Shown here: positions 58,198 to 60,000 of the stretch, piece after piece
Layout of the letters: each line of letters opens with the position of its first letter
Numbering within the stretch: position 1 is the first letter of the stretch
NCBI GenBank assembly: GCA_013239625.1
Contig: MU054338.1
Coordinates: 6,550,724-6,610,723 of the forward strand
DNA length: 60,000 bases
Source of the DNA: Lama guanicoe
Taxonomy: Eukaryota
Direction of reading: 5' to 3'
Translations under genes and position numbers: made by a program
Notes under the pieces: model-generated
What the model saw: only the letters and a program-made list of their open reading frames with translations
The model's database searches: none
Told to the model about the DNA's origin: nothing

Positions 58198-58666
58198 GTA
58201 GAAACTTCACAATCATCTCTTCAGGGCAACACTCTCAGCATCTCCATATCTCCATTTTCCAGATGGGGAAACTGAGGCCCAGCATGGCTAAGTGACTTGC
58301 CTGAGTTGACACAGGATTCACCTTCCAGGTCTGTCTGACCACACCTGTCTGCCTGGTTATTTTGGAAAGGTGGGTTCAGAGCAGATTTTTGTATCGGTGA
58401 ATTTGTCCAGGAAAGAGGTTTGGGAATATTATTGTTCATGACAGCTCTAATAGGTGGGGACACACCCCATCTCCAACAAGCAGATGTGGAAACTGAGGCT
58501 CAGGGAGGGGAATTGGGTGCCTAAGTTTGCACAGCAAAGGGGGTCCAGAATCTTCAGGCCTCAAGTCTGGATGGTTGGAAGGTTGAGATGCTAAAAGAGG
58601 GGCCTCTAGGCTGAGACCTAGGGGCTGATAAAATGTTTCTTCCCAGCCCAGCCAGCTGTCAAGAGC

Positions 58667-58862
58667 ATGCCTCTGTGCCATTGCGGGGCCACCACCAGGA
58701 GCAGAAAGCCCGATGGGGACGAAGCTCAGTCCATGGCCACCAGAGGAGGCTTGAAGGTTCTTCTACACTGGGCTGGCCCCGGTGGCGGGGAGCCCTGGGT
58801 CACCTTCAGCGAGGCTACACTGACGGCAGAGGAGGTCTGCATCCACATCGCACACAAAGTCG
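58667..58862 (+). CDS. TYK2: TYK2 first coding exon: MPLCHCGATTRSRKPDGDEAQSMATRGGLKVLLHWAGPGGGEPWVTFSEATLTAEEVCIHIAHKV(G) (start of the FERM domain); exon begins at 58647
   Basis: ORF 58667..58984; GGLKVLLHWAGPGGGEPWVTFSE TYK2 signature; ttcccag| acceptor, G|gtaagt donor; the gene continues beyond the window. Confidence 0.96.
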
Positions 58863-59536
58863 GTAAGTCCGAGGCATTGGCCCCATGGCAGGGTGGAGGT
58901 GCTGGCAGCATCTGGGCCCCATCCACCCAATCGTCTGCCCATTCACACTCAGCAGACACTGAGCAAGCACCTACTGTGTGCTAGCCCCAAATTACTGCCT
59001 TTGGAGAGCTGATATTCTAATAGGAATCAACAGGAAACACAATAAAGAAAACTGCATAGGATGCCAGAGCTGATGGCAAAAAAATGAAAAAGTTGAAGAG
59101 ATAAGGGAGGGAGCCACAGGGATATCTGGGGGAAGATGGTGCTAGGCAGAGGGAACAGCAAGTACAAAGGCCCTGAAGTGAGAAATTTGCCAACAACAGT
59201 GACAAGGCCAGTGTGGCTGTAGCTGAGTGAGTGAAGGGGAGACAGGAGTAGGGGAGGGCAAGGAGGTGAAGGCACAGGTCGTGCAGGGCCTTCTGGGCCT
59301 TAGGGAGGACTTTGGATTTTACTCCAAGAGAGGTGGGAGCCATGAAAGACTGTGAGCAAAGGAGGAACATGACTGCCTCAGGGGTCACAGATGCTCTCTG
59401 GCTGCTGTGGGGGGAGCAGACTGTGACAGGTGAGAGCAGGAGCAGAGAGACCAGGGCGGAGGTGACCTCTAGATAGGAGATGATGGGAAGCGGTCAGGCA
59501 GGGTCAGATCTTACAGTGCCTTAACCACCAGAGGAC

Positions 59537-59651
59537 TGGGGAAGCTATAGCTCAGTGGTAAAGTGCATGCTTAACAAGCATGAGGTCCTGGGTTCAATCC
59601 CCAGTAACTCCATTAAAAAAAAATAATGGAAAAATTAATTTAAAAAAAAAA
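59537..59651 (+). mobile_element. Camelid-type SINE in a TYK2 intron
   Basis: ctatagctcagtggtaaagtgcatgcttaac...gaggtcctgggttcaatcccc; A tail; degenerate TSD. Confidence 0.85.
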
Positions 59652-60000
59652 CACCAGGGGGAGTAGTTTAGAGTTTAGACTTTTTCCTAGGAGCAGTCGA
59701 GAACCATGGAATTATCCAGAGAGCCTGCAGTAGATGTACTCAAAAGTGTAATTTCTGCCAGAGGAGAAGGTCTCTCCAAGGGGACTTCGCTTACATGCCA
59801 CGTCCTCCAGGACATCCTCTCAAACCCCCTTCCCCACAACTGGATGAGGGCCTTCTGGTAGATTTCTGTAACACCTCGGACTTTCCCATTGATGACTGAT
59901 TCTTAAAGAAGTTAGACAGGTTTGCTGGGTGATATGAAACATGCTTGGCTGAGGGCCCAGAAAGCCTGATCTGTTAGAGAAAGCAAAGGACTTTAAGAGT

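Noticed and set aside
4163..59651. tRNA-like sequences with A/B boxes (tagctcagtggtagag...ggttcaatcc)
   Set aside because: All have A-rich tails and often TSDs, so they are SINE heads rather than tRNA genes

Overview
Mammalian genomic DNA, most likely a camelid: about 11 copies of a tRNA-headed SINE resemble the camelid vic-1 type. The window covers the conserved PDE4A-CDC37-TYK2 cluster. Minus strand (1-30.2 kb): the 5' half of PDE4A, with seven shared coding exons (UCR1-LR1-UCR2-LR2; the last runs off the left edge) and alternative first exons for PDE4A1, 4A10, 4A11, 4A4/5 and 4A8. Plus strand: a complete 8-exon CDC37 (380 aa, 37454-46375), then the promoter, 5' UTR and first coding exon of TYK2. 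The rest is introns with L1/L2/MIR/LTR/DNA-transposon relics, a U6 retrocopy, degenerate minisatellites and a 97-N gap. I see no new multi-gene system. The best leads are: (i) the PDE4A8 N-terminus appears disabled by a frameshift plus an in-frame TGA, turning its start into a uORF ahead of an intact downstream ATG; (ii) a candidate extra long-form PDE4A first exon in a CpG island at 22.6-22.85 kb; (iii) a perfect 27-bp-stem hairpin inside an insertion that appears to split TYK2 5' UTR exon 2; (iv) a five-site CRE cluster at the PDE4A8 promoter. Comparisons with human sequences and repeat family names are from memory and need checking.
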